Notes: generated from the letters alone by a model not told the origin. A stretch of 33,531 nucleotides of DNA from Desulfonatronovibrionaceae bacterium (GCA_046539845.1 JBKHGE010000024.1:1-33531); one strand, 5' to 3'. Shown: positions 1-10,560, counted from the first letter of the stretch. Numbers and translations: made by a program.

Positions 1-8
1 GGGGTATT

Positions 9-998
9 ATGCAAAATAAAAGAATCGTCTCCGGCATGCGGCCTACCGGCCCCCTGCATCTGGGACATTATTTCGGAGTGCTCAAGAACTGGATTGAGCT
101 CCAGCGGGATTACGAGTGCTTCTTTTTTGTCGCCGACTGGCATGCGCTGACCAGTGAATATGCCGAGCCGCAAAAAATAAGCGGCTTTGTCCCGGAGCTG
201 GTCAAGGACTGGGTAGCCGGCGGGCTTGATCCCCAGAGTTCGACCTTGTTTCTGCAATCCGAACTCAAGGAACACGCGGAGATGACTTTGATCATGTCCA
301 TGATCACCCCGCTCGGCTGGCTGGAGCGCAATCCCACGTACAAGGAGATCAAACAGGAGCTGGTGGCCAAGGACCTGAACACCTACGGCTTTCTGGGCTA
401 TCCGGTGCTTATGGCCACGGATATCCTCATGTACAAACCACAGTTCGTGCCCGTTGGACAGGATCAACTTCCCCACCTGGAGCTCACTCGGGAAATAGCC
501 CGGAGGTTCAACCACTTATACGGGGATTTCTTTCCGGAACCCGAGGCCAAACTGACTGAATCAGCCAAGTTGCCCGGATTGGATGGACGAAAGATGAGCA
601 AGAGCTACGGCAACTGTATTTATTTGAGTGAGTCCATGGACACCATCGTGCCCAAGGTCAAAGGCATGCTCACAGACACCAATCGCAAGCGCAAAAACGA
701 TCCCGGCGATCCGGACCTATGCAATTTATATCCCTATCACCGCCTGCTGACTGACAGGGAAAAAAGACAGGAGATAAGGAAGAATTGTACCCAGGCCAAG
801 TGGGGATGCTTTGACTGCAAGAAGATCCTTTTGGAGAACCTGGAAAAGTTTTTGCTCCCGATCCTCAAAAAAAGAAAGGAATTGGATGACAACCCGGACA
901 TGGTCTGGGAAATCCTGCGCCGGGGGAACAGGGCCGCCAGGGAGAACGCGGAAGCAAATATGCGCAAGGTTCGCGAGCTGATCGGATTTCAATACTAA
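9..998 (+). CDS. trpS: Tryptophan--tRNA ligase
   Basis: SGMRPTGPLHLGHY (HIGH-like), PVGQDQLPHLE and KMSKS motifs of class Ic TrpRS. Confidence 0.97.
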   Translation: MQNKRIVSGMRPTGPLHLGHYFGVLKNWIELQRDYECFFFVADWHALTSEYAEPQKISGFVPELVKDWVAGGLDPQSSTLFLQSELKEHAEMTLIMSMITPLGWLERNPTYKEIKQELVAKDLNTYGFLGYPVLMATDILMYKPQFVPVGQDQLPHLELTREIARRFNHLYGDFFPEPEAKLTESAKLPGLDGRKMSKSYGNCIYLSESMDTIVPKVKGMLTDTNRKRKNDPGDPDLCNLYPYHRLLTDREKRQEIRKNCTQAKWGCFDCKKILLENLEKFLLPILKKRKELDDNPDMVWEILRRGNRAARENAEANMRKVRELIGFQY

Positions 999-1030
999 AA
1001 AAAATGCCCGCTTTTAGCGGGCTTTTTTTT
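997..1030. terminator. Bidirectional intrinsic terminator between trpS and tRNA-His
   Basis: GCCCGC-TTTTA-GCGGGC hairpin (1006-1022) flanked by an A-run and a T8 run, between convergent genes. Confidence 0.85.
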
Positions 1031-1034
1031 GATT

Positions 1035-1111
1035 TGGGGTGAGTGACAGGACTTGAACCTGCGACCACCTGGGCCACAACCAGGGGCTCTACCACCTGAG
1101 CTACACTCACC
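1035..1111 (-). tRNA. tRNA-His (GUG)
   Basis: Reverse complement folds as a cloverleaf: G-1, acceptor GTGAGTG/CACTCAC, C73, encoded CCA, anticodon loop TT-GTG-GC, T-loop GTTCAAG. Confidence 0.97.
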
Positions 1112-1125
1112 GTGTGAAGGGTTGG

Positions 1126-1154
1126 TATTTATCTCAGGGTCGGGACGGGGTCAA
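1126..1154 (-). promoter_or_regulatory. Sigma70-like promoter for tRNA-His
   Basis: TTGACC-17 nt-TAAATA on the minus strand, about 15 nt upstream of the tRNA. Confidence 0.6.
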
Positions 1155-1180
1155 CAATTTTTTCCCGGCCGGACCCGGTC

Positions 1181-2404
1181 CTAGGACAGGGCCCGGCTTA
1201 TACGCCGCATGGCTTCTTCCACGTTTTCTCGGCTGTTAAACGCGCTAATGCGGATATATCCCCGTCCGCAGCTACCGAATCCGGTCCCCGGTGTGCACAC
1301 CACTCCGGCCTTGCTCAGCAAAAGGTCGAACATCCCCCAGGAGTCACCGGCCCCACTGATCCAGATATAAGGGGAATGCACGCCTCCGGTTAAGTTGTAT
1401 CCCAGTTTGCGCATCTGCTCCCGGATAATGCGAGCGTTTTCCAGATAAAAATCGATATTCCGGGATATCTGCTGTTGTCCCTCCGGGGAGTAAACAGCGG
1501 CCGCGGCCTTTTGCACCGGATAAGACACCCCATTGAACTTGGTGGTCTGCCGGCGACTCCACAACGGATTAAGCTCCACATGGTTCCCCGCGCGGTCAAA
1601 GGCACGGCACTCCCTGGGGACGACAGTAAACGCGCACCTGGTCCCGGTGAACCCGGCAGTCTTGGAGAAACTGCGGAACTCCACGGCCACTTCTTTGGCC
1701 CCGGGAATTTCATAAATCGAATGCGGGATATCCTTGTCCTGGATGAAGGCCTCGTATGCGGCGTCAAACAGGATCAAAGCATCTTTCTCTCGGGCAAAAT
1801 CCACCCATTTGCCCAGAGACTCTTTGTCTATGGTCGCCCCGGTGGGGTTATTCGGATAGCAGAGATAGATGAGGTCTACTTCCTGATCCGGAAGGCCGGG
1901 CACAAAACCGTTTTCCTCCGTGGATTCCAAATAGACGATACCCTCGTAGCGGCCCTCGGTCGCTTCTCCGGTCCTGCCAGCCATAACATTGGTGTCCACA
2001 TATACCGGGTAGACCGGGTCCGGGACAGCGATGACCGCATCCCGGGAGAAGAGTTCCTGGAAATTGCCGGTATCGCATTTGGCACCGTCGCTTACAAATA
2101 TCTCCGCCGCATCTATTTCACACCCCCTGGAGGCGAAATCGTTTTCCGCGATCGCTTCCCGCAGAAAGGCGTACCCCTGTTCCGGGCCGTAACCGCGGAA
2201 CGTCTCCGCCTTGGACATCTCGTCCACGGCCTGGTGCAAGGCCCGGGCACAAACCTCGGGCAAAGGCAGAGTCACATCTCCGATGCCCAATTTTATGACC
2301 TCCATATCCGGATTTTCCTGCTGAAACTTTTCCACCCGCCTGGCTATATCCGCAAAAAGATATGAAGACTGCAGCTTTTGATAATTCTCATTAATAGTAA
2401 TCAT
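1181..2404 (-). CDS. dapL: LL-diaminopimelate aminotransferase
   Basis: [42 protein letters not shown] and the PLP-lysine motif [13 protein letters not shown]. Confidence 0.96.
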   Translation of the reverse strand: MITINENYQKLQSSYLFADIARRVEKFQQENPDMEVIKLGIGDVTLPLPEVCARALHQAVDEMSKAETFRGYGPEQGYAFLREAIAENDFASRGCEIDAAEIFVSDGAKCDTGNFQELFSRDAVIAVPDPVYPVYVDTNVMAGRTGEATEGRYEGIVYLESTEENGFVPGLPDQEVDLIYLCYPNNPTGATIDKESLGKWVDFAREKDALILFDAAYEAFIQDKDIPHSIYEIPGAKEVAVEFRSFSKTAGFTGTRCAFTVVPRECRAFDRAGNHVELNPLWSRRQTTKFNGVSYPVQKAAAAVYSPEGQQQISRNIDFYLENARIIREQMRKLGYNLTGGVHSPYIWISGAGDSWGMFDLLLSKAGVVCTPGTGFGSCGRGYIRISAFNSRENVEEAMRRISRALS

Positions 2405-2475
2405 GTTAACTCCCGTACTTGCTTCCTTGTATCATAAAACTTAAATGCCTGCCTACATCATCCACCAATAAGAAA

Positions 2476-2514
2476 AATGCATACATATGCAAAATAGATG
2501 CATTTCCTTGAATA
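2476..2514. promoter_or_regulatory. Candidate tandem operator (ARG-box-like) in the dapL leader
   Basis: Palindrome AA-TGCAT-ACAT-ATGCA-AA (2476-2493), 3 bp, then a degenerate copy GA-TGCAT-TTCC-TTGAA-TA. Confidence 0.4.
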
Positions 2515-2545
2515 CTGCAGTCAGTGCACAAAATCTATATTTTGT

Positions 2546-2574
2546 CTGCTAATAAAATTATTTCCTTCTGTCAA
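2546..2574 (-). promoter_or_regulatory. Sigma70-like promoter for dapL
   Basis: TTGACA-17 nt-TAGCAG on the minus strand. Confidence 0.5.
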
Positions 2575-2742
2575 TTGAATCTTGTGCGGCCTGTAGTTAG
2601 AGGGATAAATAAGCGCCGTTGACTTGAAACAAAAATTAAAGCAGAGTGCCTTCCCTGTTTGCCGGGCACTAAAAACAGGCGGCAGACTATAGCTGACAAT
2701 CCATTAAAGATACCTTGGAACCGGACAATCAAGGACTGACTT

Positions 2743-3642
2743 ATGGCCATGGAAAGAGTACACATTTACAAAGCCGATTTCCTGCTTTTGATCACTGCCG
2801 CCATATGGGGAGCGGCGTTTGTCGCCCAGCGTATGGGCATGGACCACATGGGCCCCTACCTGTTCAATGCCTCCAGGTTTGCCCTGGGCGCGGTGAGCCT
2901 TTTGCCCCTTATCTGGCTTCGGGACAGAAAAGGGGTCAAAGAGAGCGTTTTTCAGGCCGGGGACCCGGTGAGTGTGCTCTGGGGTGGACTTTTGGCCGGG
3001 GTCCTTTTATTTGCCGCAAGCACCCTGCAGCAGGTAGGTATTATCTACACCACAGCCGGAAAGGCCGGGTTCATAACCGGGCTTTATGTGGTCCTGGTTC
3101 CGCTGTTGGGGTTGTTCTGGAGGCAGAACCCTGGCGCCGGGGGCTGGATCGGGGCCTGTCTCTCTGCGATTGGGCTGTACTTTCTGACCATAACCAGCGA
3201 ACTGACCATTGCCTACGGGGATTTCCTCGTGTTTCTGTGCGCTATAGCCTTTGCCCTGCACGTACTGGCCATCGGCTGGCTCGCCCCGCGCATTGACTGC
3301 ATCAAACTGTCCTCGGCCCAGTTCGCGGTTACCGCGGTCCTGAGCTTCATAGTCGCGCTCTTTGTGGAAGAGATATCCTGGACAGCGATAAAGGGGGCGC
3401 TCGTGCCTATTCTGTACGCCGGGATCGGGTCCTCCGGGATCGCCTATACCCTGCAGGTGGTGGCCCAGAAGGAGGCCCCTCCAGCTCATGCCTCGATTAT
3501 CCTCAGCCTGGAGTCGGTGTTCGCCGCCCTGGCCGGGTGGGCCATTTTGAGCGAAACCATGGATGACCGCTCCATTCTGGGATGTTTTCTCATGTTTTCC
3601 GGGATGCTGGCCGCGCAATTGTGGCCTGGCCGGAGCAAGTAA
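2743..3642 (+). CDS. EamA/DMT family transporter
   Basis: About 10 hydrophobic segments; IWGAAFVAQ, GFITGLYVVLVP and ILSLESVFAAL motifs; AAGGA RBS. Confidence 0.92.
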   Translation: MAMERVHIYKADFLLLITAAIWGAAFVAQRMGMDHMGPYLFNASRFALGAVSLLPLIWLRDRKGVKESVFQAGDPVSVLWGGLLAGVLLFAASTLQQVGIIYTTAGKAGFITGLYVVLVPLLGLFWRQNPGAGGWIGACLSAIGLYFLTITSELTIAYGDFLVFLCAIAFALHVLAIGWLAPRIDCIKLSSAQFAVTAVLSFIVALFVEEISWTAIKGALVPILYAGIGSSGIAYTLQVVAQKEAPPAHASIILSLESVFAALAGWAILSETMDDRSILGCFLMFSGMLAAQLWPGRSK

Positions 3643-3736
3643 AAGTCTACATATAAAGACGCACCTGCATAAATATTCCATATATCTGGAAAGCTAGTAC
3701 GTGTTTTGCCCGCAGTCCTAGAACATAACCGCCGGT

Positions 3737-3766
3737 CCGGCACTCAAATATGAATTTGAGTGCCGG
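3737..3766. repeat. Perfect 13-bp inverted repeat between convergent genes
   Basis: CCGGCACTCAAAT-ATGA-ATTTGAGTGCCGG. Confidence 0.75.
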
Positions 3767-3875
3767 GCTCTTGACGCAAAGGGCCCCCAAAAAAAGTAAG
3801 TTCTTCTTCGCCTCATCCGAGCCTTTGCGGTTCAATCCTTCTTATTTTTTATTCCCCAAGATCAAAAGTTAATTA

Positions 3876-5078
3876 CTAATGCCAAAAGCTTCTTGTCCCC
3901 GCTTTTATTTTATCCAGGAGTATAACCACCTCCATGTGCCAAGTCTGGGGGAACATGTCTACGATATGAACAGCGCTTAATTCCCAGCCCTGCTCTAGAA
4001 GTGGCTTTAAATCCCGACAGGAATTGACTATATCGCAGGAGACCCAGACGATGCGCTCCAAGCCGGGTATATCTTTCAGACTGTGTACGGCCTTGCCTCC
4101 TCCGGACCGGGGCGGGTCGGCCACAACGCATTGCGGGGAAAAAGAGCTAACCGGCTGCCAGCTTTTGCCCGGCCGGGACAAATCAGTGCGGATGAACTCT
4201 ACATTTTGTACTTTGTTTATTTTTGCGTTTTCTTTCCCCTCTTGAACAGCCCGGTTGCTGCCTTCGACAGCCAGCACCTCATGGCCGGATGCGGCCAAAG
4301 GAAGACTAAAATTGCCGCTTCCGGCATACAGATCAGCCACCCGAAAATACCCGGCACAAGAGTCAAGAATCAAAGAGACAAGCCCCTTATTCTGCCCCCA
4401 ATTGGCCTGGAAGAAGGAATCGGGGTTGATGTATAGCCGGATTCCCCATGGATCAAGGGGAAGAACAAGCTTTTTCTCTTCAAAGGCCCAAGCAACTTCT
4501 CCGTCATACGGGGATGCGGCTATAAGCTGCCTGCCGTCGGCAACCCCAGCGCTCTTTTTCTCCAGAACAGCGTTTAAGGGGCGGGCGAAAATCTTACAGT
4601 CCCGGAAAGGCACGGGTATATTCGCGGAAGACTGCATGAAATGCGGCTTCCCGTTCAAAACATGCACCTGCCCCCTGAATCTGTATCTCCAGGCCCTGGT
4701 TGAAGGATGTATCTTGAGCATGGCAGCCGCTTTCACGGACAATTCCCGGGAAAGCTGGCGGTTCAAGGTATCCAGCAGGATATCTTTTTTTATCTGCAGG
4801 GCCGAACGGTTGGGTATGATGGCCAGGGGGCAGGCCCCGCAATCTGGCCCGTGCACACAGGGATGGCTGCGGCGGCCGGGGTTTGATTCCAGGATTTGCA
4901 CTGCCCGGGCCAGGAGATGGTCTTTTTTTTCCTTGTATACCCCGGCCCGGATCCTTTCTCCGGGCAGGACTCCGGGCTCCACGATCGTGGCCTTGCCTTC
5001 TGCTGTCCGGGCCAGGCCCCGACCGCGCCAAATCAGCTTGTCCACACGCAGATCAAGTGTATTTAAATATTTTGGCAA
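3876..5078 (-). CDS. RNA (uracil-C5)-methyltransferase, RlmD/TrmA family
   Basis: TRAM-like N-terminus, CxxxxxCGAC Fe-S motif, DLYAGSGNF SAM motif, DPPRSG, VSC catalytic Cys, DMFPQTWHME. Confidence 0.9.
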   Translation of the reverse strand: MPKYLNTLDLRVDKLIWRGRGLARTAEGKATIVEPGVLPGERIRAGVYKEKKDHLLARAVQILESNPGRRSHPCVHGPDCGACPLAIIPNRSALQIKKDILLDTLNRQLSRELSVKAAAMLKIHPSTRAWRYRFRGQVHVLNGKPHFMQSSANIPVPFRDCKIFARPLNAVLEKKSAGVADGRQLIAASPYDGEVAWAFEEKKLVLPLDPWGIRLYINPDSFFQANWGQNKGLVSLILDSCAGYFRVADLYAGSGNFSLPLAASGHEVLAVEGSNRAVQEGKENAKINKVQNVEFIRTDLSRPGKSWQPVSSFSPQCVVADPPRSGGGKAVHSLKDIPGLERIVWVSCDIVNSCRDLKPLLEQGWELSAVHIVDMFPQTWHMEVVILLDKIKAGTRSFWH

Positions 5079-5402
5079 CTATTCCTCATGTCCCTAAAAT
5101 AGGTTAGCCAAGCAATTGAAAAGATATCTCTAGACCGCCCGCTTTTATCGGGGCACAAAGCTCACCATTAAAGGACACGCCTAAACCTGCCAGGACGCGG
5201 CAGCCTGAAACTCAGCCTTTAAACATTGCGTGCTCAACGCCTTTCATGAAAAGGCCGGGGGTTCCTCGACGTTGGATGTGGATTTCACCTGCCTGATCCT
5301 TTTTGATGCTTGTAACGAGAGGCCCGCATGTTTTCTTTTTTACAGATTCTGGGGTAGCTTACAACCGCAGAGTGTAAGACCTACATCGGAAAGACCTGGC
5401 GA

Positions 5403-6497
5403 TTATGGCTTTTTTTTCTTTGCCAGTCTCTGCTCCAGCCCCTTGAACAAAAGAGGCCAGACCAGGGTGGCGTCGGCCGGGACCTCGGCGAAGCGCCCTC
5501 CCTGCTCCGGAGGCACAAATTTGCCCCAGGAGACCCCCTCGCCGTAGGTGCATCCGGATAAACCGCCCCAATGTACCGGTTCCGGGCAGATGCGTACCCC
5601 GTATTGGAAACGGCGAAGCGGGAATTCTCGCTCCAGGCGCTGGGAGGCGATCTCCAGAAAGGGACTCACCTGCTGGGCCCAATTCCGGGGCACGCCACCG
5701 CCAATAGTGAATATGCCGGTTCTGGGGGCGGAACAGATCTTTCGGGTATAACTAAAGAGATCCAGAAAAGGATTGAACTGAAAGAAGAAATGCCTGGGGT
5801 CCTGCTCCTCCAAAGCCTCCGGGTTTTCAGACAGGATATGGGTGGCGATGTCCAGAGCCAGTTCGGAATCGGTGAATGCCGGGATATACACTGGGACATC
5901 ATTTTCATATGCGCTTTTCAAAATACCCGGTCCGCTGAAGTTCTCGGATAGATGCCTGCCTATACGGCGGCAGATGAGTTCCGAAGACAGGTGCTCGCCT
6001 TTGTCTACCCCGGACATGATCTCGTGCATGACTTCTTCTGCCTGACAGAAGTTCTTTTCCGGCTCCAGAGTGTCGTAAACCCGGTTGAACCCGCGTTTAA
6101 AGAGTTCGCGATCATCCATGCGTTCCGGTTCGTAGCGGTAGTGCTTCATGCCCATAGATTCGATAAATCCGTGGGCCATGAGGGCGCCCGTAGAGACCAC
6201 CGCGTTTATCCAGCCCCGATCTATCATCCTGCAGAGCAGAGTGCCCATCTTGGCCACGGTCATGGCCCCGGAAAAAGTCCCGACCACAAAACATTCCGGA
6301 TCGGAGATCATTTCCGCGCCCACCTCCAGGGCATCACCCAGGCTGCGACCGCCGAAAGCGGTCCGACCCATGGCGGTCAAAAGCCCCTCAAAGTCCTCTA
6401 TCTGGTCCGGATCCAAAGATTGCAAGGCCTTGAGCCCCTCGTCTTCCGGATCCTTCAGACTGCTTACACAACGGATGTCGTCTTTATTCTCGCTCAT
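5403..6497 (-). CDS. Deoxyhypusine synthase-like protein (probable homospermidine synthase)
   Basis: AVVSTGA, PAFTDSELA, IGGGVPRNWAQQ, WGGLSGCTYGEGVSWGK (catalytic Lys retained); ATG at 6497 overlaps the upstream stop. Confidence 0.9.
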   Translation of the reverse strand: MSENKDDIRCVSSLKDPEDEGLKALQSLDPDQIEDFEGLLTAMGRTAFGGRSLGDALEVGAEMISDPECFVVGTFSGAMTVAKMGTLLCRMIDRGWINAVVSTGALMAHGFIESMGMKHYRYEPERMDDRELFKRGFNRVYDTLEPEKNFCQAEEVMHEIMSGVDKGEHLSSELICRRIGRHLSENFSGPGILKSAYENDVPVYIPAFTDSELALDIATHILSENPEALEEQDPRHFFFQFNPFLDLFSYTRKICSAPRTGIFTIGGGVPRNWAQQVSPFLEIASQRLEREFPLRRFQYGVRICPEPVHWGGLSGCTYGEGVSWGKFVPPEQGGRFAEVPADATLVWPLLFKGLEQRLAKKKKP

Positions 6498-7371
6498 GGC
6501 CAAAGCAACGGGTTAAAATCTTTAAAATAAGCTTGGCCGCCGCGGATTCTGAGACTCGGTCCGTCGCGAGTGGGGCCAGTTCGCAGAAATCCATGCCCAC
6601 CAGCCGGGGGCCGGGCCACAGATATCTTAAAAAACTGTCAATCCAGTGGAAATCCAGTCCCCCGGGCTCAGGAGTGCCGGTTCCCGGGATCACGGACGGG
6701 TCCATGCCGTCGGCGTCAAACGTGATATATACTGGCCCGGAGCCGGCCATCTCCTTTATACGCTTTGCTGCCCGGGACGGGGAAGGCATATCCGAGGCAA
6801 AACAGGTATACAAACCATTCCCGGCGTATCTACGAATGTATTCGCCCTCCTCCCGGCACAGGCTGCGTATCCCGAGCTGGGCAACGGAAAGGCCCAACTC
6901 CCGGATCCGGGCCATGACACAGGCGTGGGAGAACCGCGATCCCTGATATTCAGGGCGCAAATCCGCATGGGCGTCTATCTGGAGGACCACAAGATGCGGA
7001 TACTTCCGGGCGTAAAACTCGAGCATGGGATAGGCCAGGGTATGTTCCCCACCCAGCAAAAGAAAAAATTCCTTTCCCGGATCGAACTTGCGCAAGTAAT
7101 TACCCATGTCCGCGCACTGGGCCTCGGGCCCGGCCGCGGAGCAGGGAAACTCCGGAAGCATGCTTATCGCGCACAACTCATCCAGGTTTACGTCCAGCTC
7201 AAAGTCGTAGACCTCTATCTCCCGGCTGGCCCGGATGATCGCCTCCGGTCCCTCCCTGGTCCCGGCCATGAAGCTAACCGTCCCCTGGTAGGGCACAGGC
7301 CAGACATTTACTTTTTTTGCGTCCCTGCAGGGACTTTCCAGAGCAAACAGACCACCCATAATCGCCACCAT
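6484..7371 (-). CDS. speB: Agmatinase (ureohydrolase)
   Basis: GGEH, DAHADL, SHAC, DADGMDP and PGTGTPEPGG metal-binding motifs; start set to ATG 7371 just after the upstream stop. Confidence 0.9.
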   Translation of the reverse strand: MVAIMGGLFALESPCRDAKKVNVWPVPYQGTVSFMAGTREGPEAIIRASREIEVYDFELDVNLDELCAISMLPEFPCSAAGPEAQCADMGNYLRKFDPGKEFFLLLGGEHTLAYPMLEFYARKYPHLVVLQIDAHADLRPEYQGSRFSHACVMARIRELGLSVAQLGIRSLCREEGEYIRRYAGNGLYTCFASDMPSPSRAAKRIKEMAGSGPVYITFDADGMDPSVIPGTGTPEPGGLDFHWIDSFLRYLWPGPRLVGMDFCELAPLATDRVSESAAAKLILKILTRCFGHERE

Positions 7372-7376
7372 TAAAT

Positions 7377-7931
7377 CTAGGGAATAAAGACCACAGCGGA
7401 AAGGGTCGTGGTCCACAGCCCGGCCTGCCCCGTGGTCACGCACGGAGCGGACGCGGAATCCACTATTTGCCCGCTCATCATATAGATCTCCCGGCGTTCA
7501 TCATAGGCCTTGTCCGCATCAAAATCCACCCCCAGGGTAGTGGCCAGCATGGTTGAGGCCAGATCCTCGGCAAAATCGCCTATTTCATGTTCATCCGCGC
7601 CGAATGCGGTGTGCTCGGAGATATAACCATAATTGCTCTCGTCCGCGGGAAAGGCCATGCCTACGGCTGAACCCACCAGGCGGTTCTTTTCGTTGGTCGC
7701 GTTACGGGCCATGACACAGAAGGTTATCTCCCCGGGCAAAAGTTGGGAGATGCCCTCGTCCACATCTACCATCTTGCATTTGGGCGGGTATATACTAGAA
7801 ACATAGACAAGATTCTGCTTTTCTATCCTGGCGTCGCGCAGAGCCAGCTCAAAGGACTGCAGTTTGTTCTTGTGCCGGCCGATGCCCTTGGTGAAAAAGG
7901 CCTTGCTGGGGACAAAAGTGGTATTGAGCAT
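7377..7931 (-). CDS. Pyruvoyl-dependent arginine decarboxylase
   Basis: SFELALRDA, NLVYVSSIYPP (Ser-Ser self-cleavage site), YGYISEH; GGAGG RBS 8 nt before ATG 7931. Confidence 0.92.
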   Translation of the reverse strand: MLNTTFVPSKAFFTKGIGRHKNKLQSFELALRDARIEKQNLVYVSSIYPPKCKMVDVDEGISQLLPGEITFCVMARNATNEKNRLVGSAVGMAFPADESNYGYISEHTAFGADEHEIGDFAEDLASTMLATTLGVDFDADKAYDERREIYMMSGQIVDSASAPCVTTGQAGLWTTTLSAVVFIP

Positions 7932-8020
7932 GGTTAACACCTCCGTATAAAGATATATCGTTAGAATCTAAAGAACCACTTCTGGAGGCGGCTGCGGCCG
8001 GACCGGCCGGGATTCGGGAA

Positions 8021-8674
8021 CTATTCCCGGGCCGGCTTCTTGCTCTTTAAAAGCGGTTCTTTGATGCCTAGTTTATTCAGTTTTTCCTGAATCTCTTCCG
8101 CCCGGGACTCTGTACCCTGAAAATCAACCAGGACCCGGAACCAGGGTTCAGAACCGGCAAAGGCCTTGGTTATGGAAGAAGGGACATTCTCTTTACTCAA
8201 CTTGGCGTGCAAAGAATTGGCCTTGTCCATATCCCGGAAAGAGGCCACCTGATACTGGTAATCAAACTCTTTTTTCTCTCTGGGAGAGATGGACATGGCC
8301 TGTTCCCGGACTTCCTCGGGCTGTTTTTCCGGTTCTAGCCTCTGCTCGCTCTTTTCCGGCTCAGGTTCGTCTCGGGTAAGGCGCTCAAAAAAATCCAGGT
8401 CCTCGGGCCGCAGGGTGTCGGATTTTGCGGCCTTGTCTGGGGAGTGTTCCTTTTCCGGAATGACCCGGGCGATCTCCGGGACATAGTCCTCCGGATTATA
8501 CCCCCGGCCGATAAAAACGCCCAGGATAAAGGACCAGACCATGGCCAGGAACACGAACAAAAGTAGATATACCCCCCCCTTGACTCCCAGGGTCAGTTGA
8601 AATCTCCCCCCGGATTTCTGGTTCGGTGGCTTTTTCCGGGCCGTGTTTTTTTTAGCTGTATTTTTCTGAGCCAC
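8021..8674 (-). CDS. SPOR-domain membrane protein (FtsN-like)
   Basis: Basic N-terminus, one TM helix, acidic linker, C-terminal YQVASF...WFRV SPOR domain; sits downstream of argS. Confidence 0.85.
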   Translation of the reverse strand: MAQKNTAKKNTARKKPPNQKSGGRFQLTLGVKGGVYLLLFVFLAMVWSFILGVFIGRGYNPEDYVPEIARVIPEKEHSPDKAAKSDTLRPEDLDFFERLTRDEPEPEKSEQRLEPEKQPEEVREQAMSISPREKKEFDYQYQVASFRDMDKANSLHAKLSKENVPSSITKAFAGSEPWFRVLVDFQGTESRAEEIQEKLNKLGIKEPLLKSKKPARE

Positions 8675-8849
8675 TTTCTTTTTGCTGGATAAGATTTACA
8701 AAAATTTAAGTATCGAACCAAAAACAAATCCGTTTCCGAGGACTAAAAGTCCGTTTCTTTACTAGAGATCATTAACTGTCGTCCGCTCGAAGAGTCGTTC
8801 AAGGCTCCGAATGCGTGGAAAAGGACCAAATGAGTCTGAATCTGGCGCT

Positions 8850-10505
8850 CTACATGCTTTCCGGGGCACTCACCCCGAGCAGACCGAGACCGTTTTTCAA
8901 TACCGTGGCCACTGCCTTTAAAATGAGCATCCTGGCCTGGACCACGTCCTCGTCTGCCGCGCTTAAAACCGGATTGACCGTATAGTAACGGTGCAGCATA
9001 CCGGCCAAATCCTGTAGATAATAACACAGATGATGCGGACTCAGGGACCGAGAAGAGCTGATCACCGCGTCCGGGAATTTCTCCATGCATTTCAAAAGAT
9101 CCAGATCCTCGGCTGTGTCCAGGGCGGGTAAAAGTTCTCTGGTCCCGCGTTGTATTTGAATGCCCCGTTCCCGGGCTTTGCGCATCACGGAGCATATCCT
9201 GGCGTGGGCGTATTGCACATAATATACCGGATTGTCCATGCTCTGTTTCTTAACCAGTTCCAGGTCAAAATCAAGATGACTGTCGCTTTTGCGGGTCAAA
9301 AATATAAACCTGGCCGCATCGGTGCCCACTTCACGGCATACGTCGGACAAGGTCTCGAACTTGCCCGCCCGCGTGGACATGGCGATTTGCTCGCCGGCGC
9401 GCAACAGATTGACCAGCTGGACCAAAATAACCTGCAAGTTCTCCCGCTCCTGGCCCAGGGCCTGCACGGCAGCCTTCATCCGCGGCACATATCCGTGGTG
9501 ATCCGCACCCCAGATATCCACCACCAAATCAAAGCCGCGGTCATATTTGTCCTTGTGATAGGCGATATCCGTGGCAAAATAGGTTAGCGTGCCATCAGAT
9601 TTCCGCAGCACCCGGTCCTTGTCATCCCCGAACTCCGTAGTCCTGAACCACAGCGCGCCGTTTTGCTCGTAAGCGAGATCCTTTTCTCGGAGCCAGTCCA
9701 AGGTGTCCTCGACCCGACCGTCGCTAACCAAGCTCTCCTCGGAAAACCAGACCTGATGTTCCACCCGGAACTCAAAAAGATCTTTTTTGATCCCGGCCAG
9801 GATGCTCTCCAGTGCACTTTGTCGGCAGATATCCAAAAGCTCCTCCCGAGGTCGGTCCAGAATGTGCGGACCTTTTGCACTAAGTATTTCCTCTGCGATC
9901 GCCCGGATGTAATCACCCTTGTAGCATTCCTCAGGCAGGTCCACCTCCCGGCCGGCGAGCTGCTCCAGGCGGATAAGTACTGATTCACCCAGAAGGCGCA
10001 TCTGTCGGCCGGCATCATTTAGATAATATTCCGTGCTCACCTCGTAGCCGGCAAAACGCATGATTCGGGCCAGGCTGTCCCCAACAGCCGCACCCCTTCC
10101 ATGCCCTATATGCAGAGGGCCGGTGGGATTGGCGGAGACGTATTCCACCTGCACCGGCCTGCCCTGACCAAAATGGTTGCTTCCGTATTCTTCTCCACTA
10201 CCCAGAACATCAGGGATCACTTCCTTCCAGAAATCCCGGTCAAAGGTAAAATTCAAAAAACCGGGGCCGGCTGTCTCTGCCTTTTCCAGACGCTCTTCCT
10301 GGGCCAGGCAAAATTCTCGGATTTCCTCGGCCAATGTTCGGGGATTCTGACCGGCCTCACCGGAGCCGACCAGGGCCGCATTGCTGGCCACATCCCCGAA
10401 TTTCTTATCCTTGGGCGGTTCAACAACCGCCTTTTTGGGCCAGGCAAGCCCTTTACTTTGAAAAAAGTTTTTGAGTAAATCTTCAATTATCTGTTCTGAT
10501 CTCAT
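8850..10505 (-). CDS. argS: Arginine--tRNA ligase
   Basis: [17 protein letters not shown] (HIGH), [28 protein letters not shown] 10505 chosen as start. Confidence 0.97.
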   Translation of the reverse strand: MRSEQIIEDLLKNFFQSKGLAWPKKAVVEPPKDKKFGDVASNAALVGSGEAGQNPRTLAEEIREFCLAQEERLEKAETAGPGFLNFTFDRDFWKEVIPDVLGSGEEYGSNHFGQGRPVQVEYVSANPTGPLHIGHGRGAAVGDSLARIMRFAGYEVSTEYYLNDAGRQMRLLGESVLIRLEQLAGREVDLPEECYKGDYIRAIAEEILSAKGPHILDRPREELLDICRQSALESILAGIKKDLFEFRVEHQVWFSEESLVSDGRVEDTLDWLREKDLAYEQNGALWFRTTEFGDDKDRVLRKSDGTLTYFATDIAYHKDKYDRGFDLVVDIWGADHHGYVPRMKAAVQALGQERENLQVILVQLVNLLRAGEQIAMSTRAGKFETLSDVCREVGTDAARFIFLTRKSDSHLDFDLELVKKQSMDNPVYYVQYAHARICSVMRKARERGIQIQRGTRELLPALDTAEDLDLLKCMEKFPDAVISSSRSLSPHHLCYYLQDLAGMLHRYYTVNPVLSAADEDVVQARMLILKAVATVLKNGLGLLGVSAPESM

Positions 10506-10560
10506 TTGGCTTCTGCTGGGTTGAAATTGTAAACGACTGAGCAAACAAAGAGGTGCTCTT

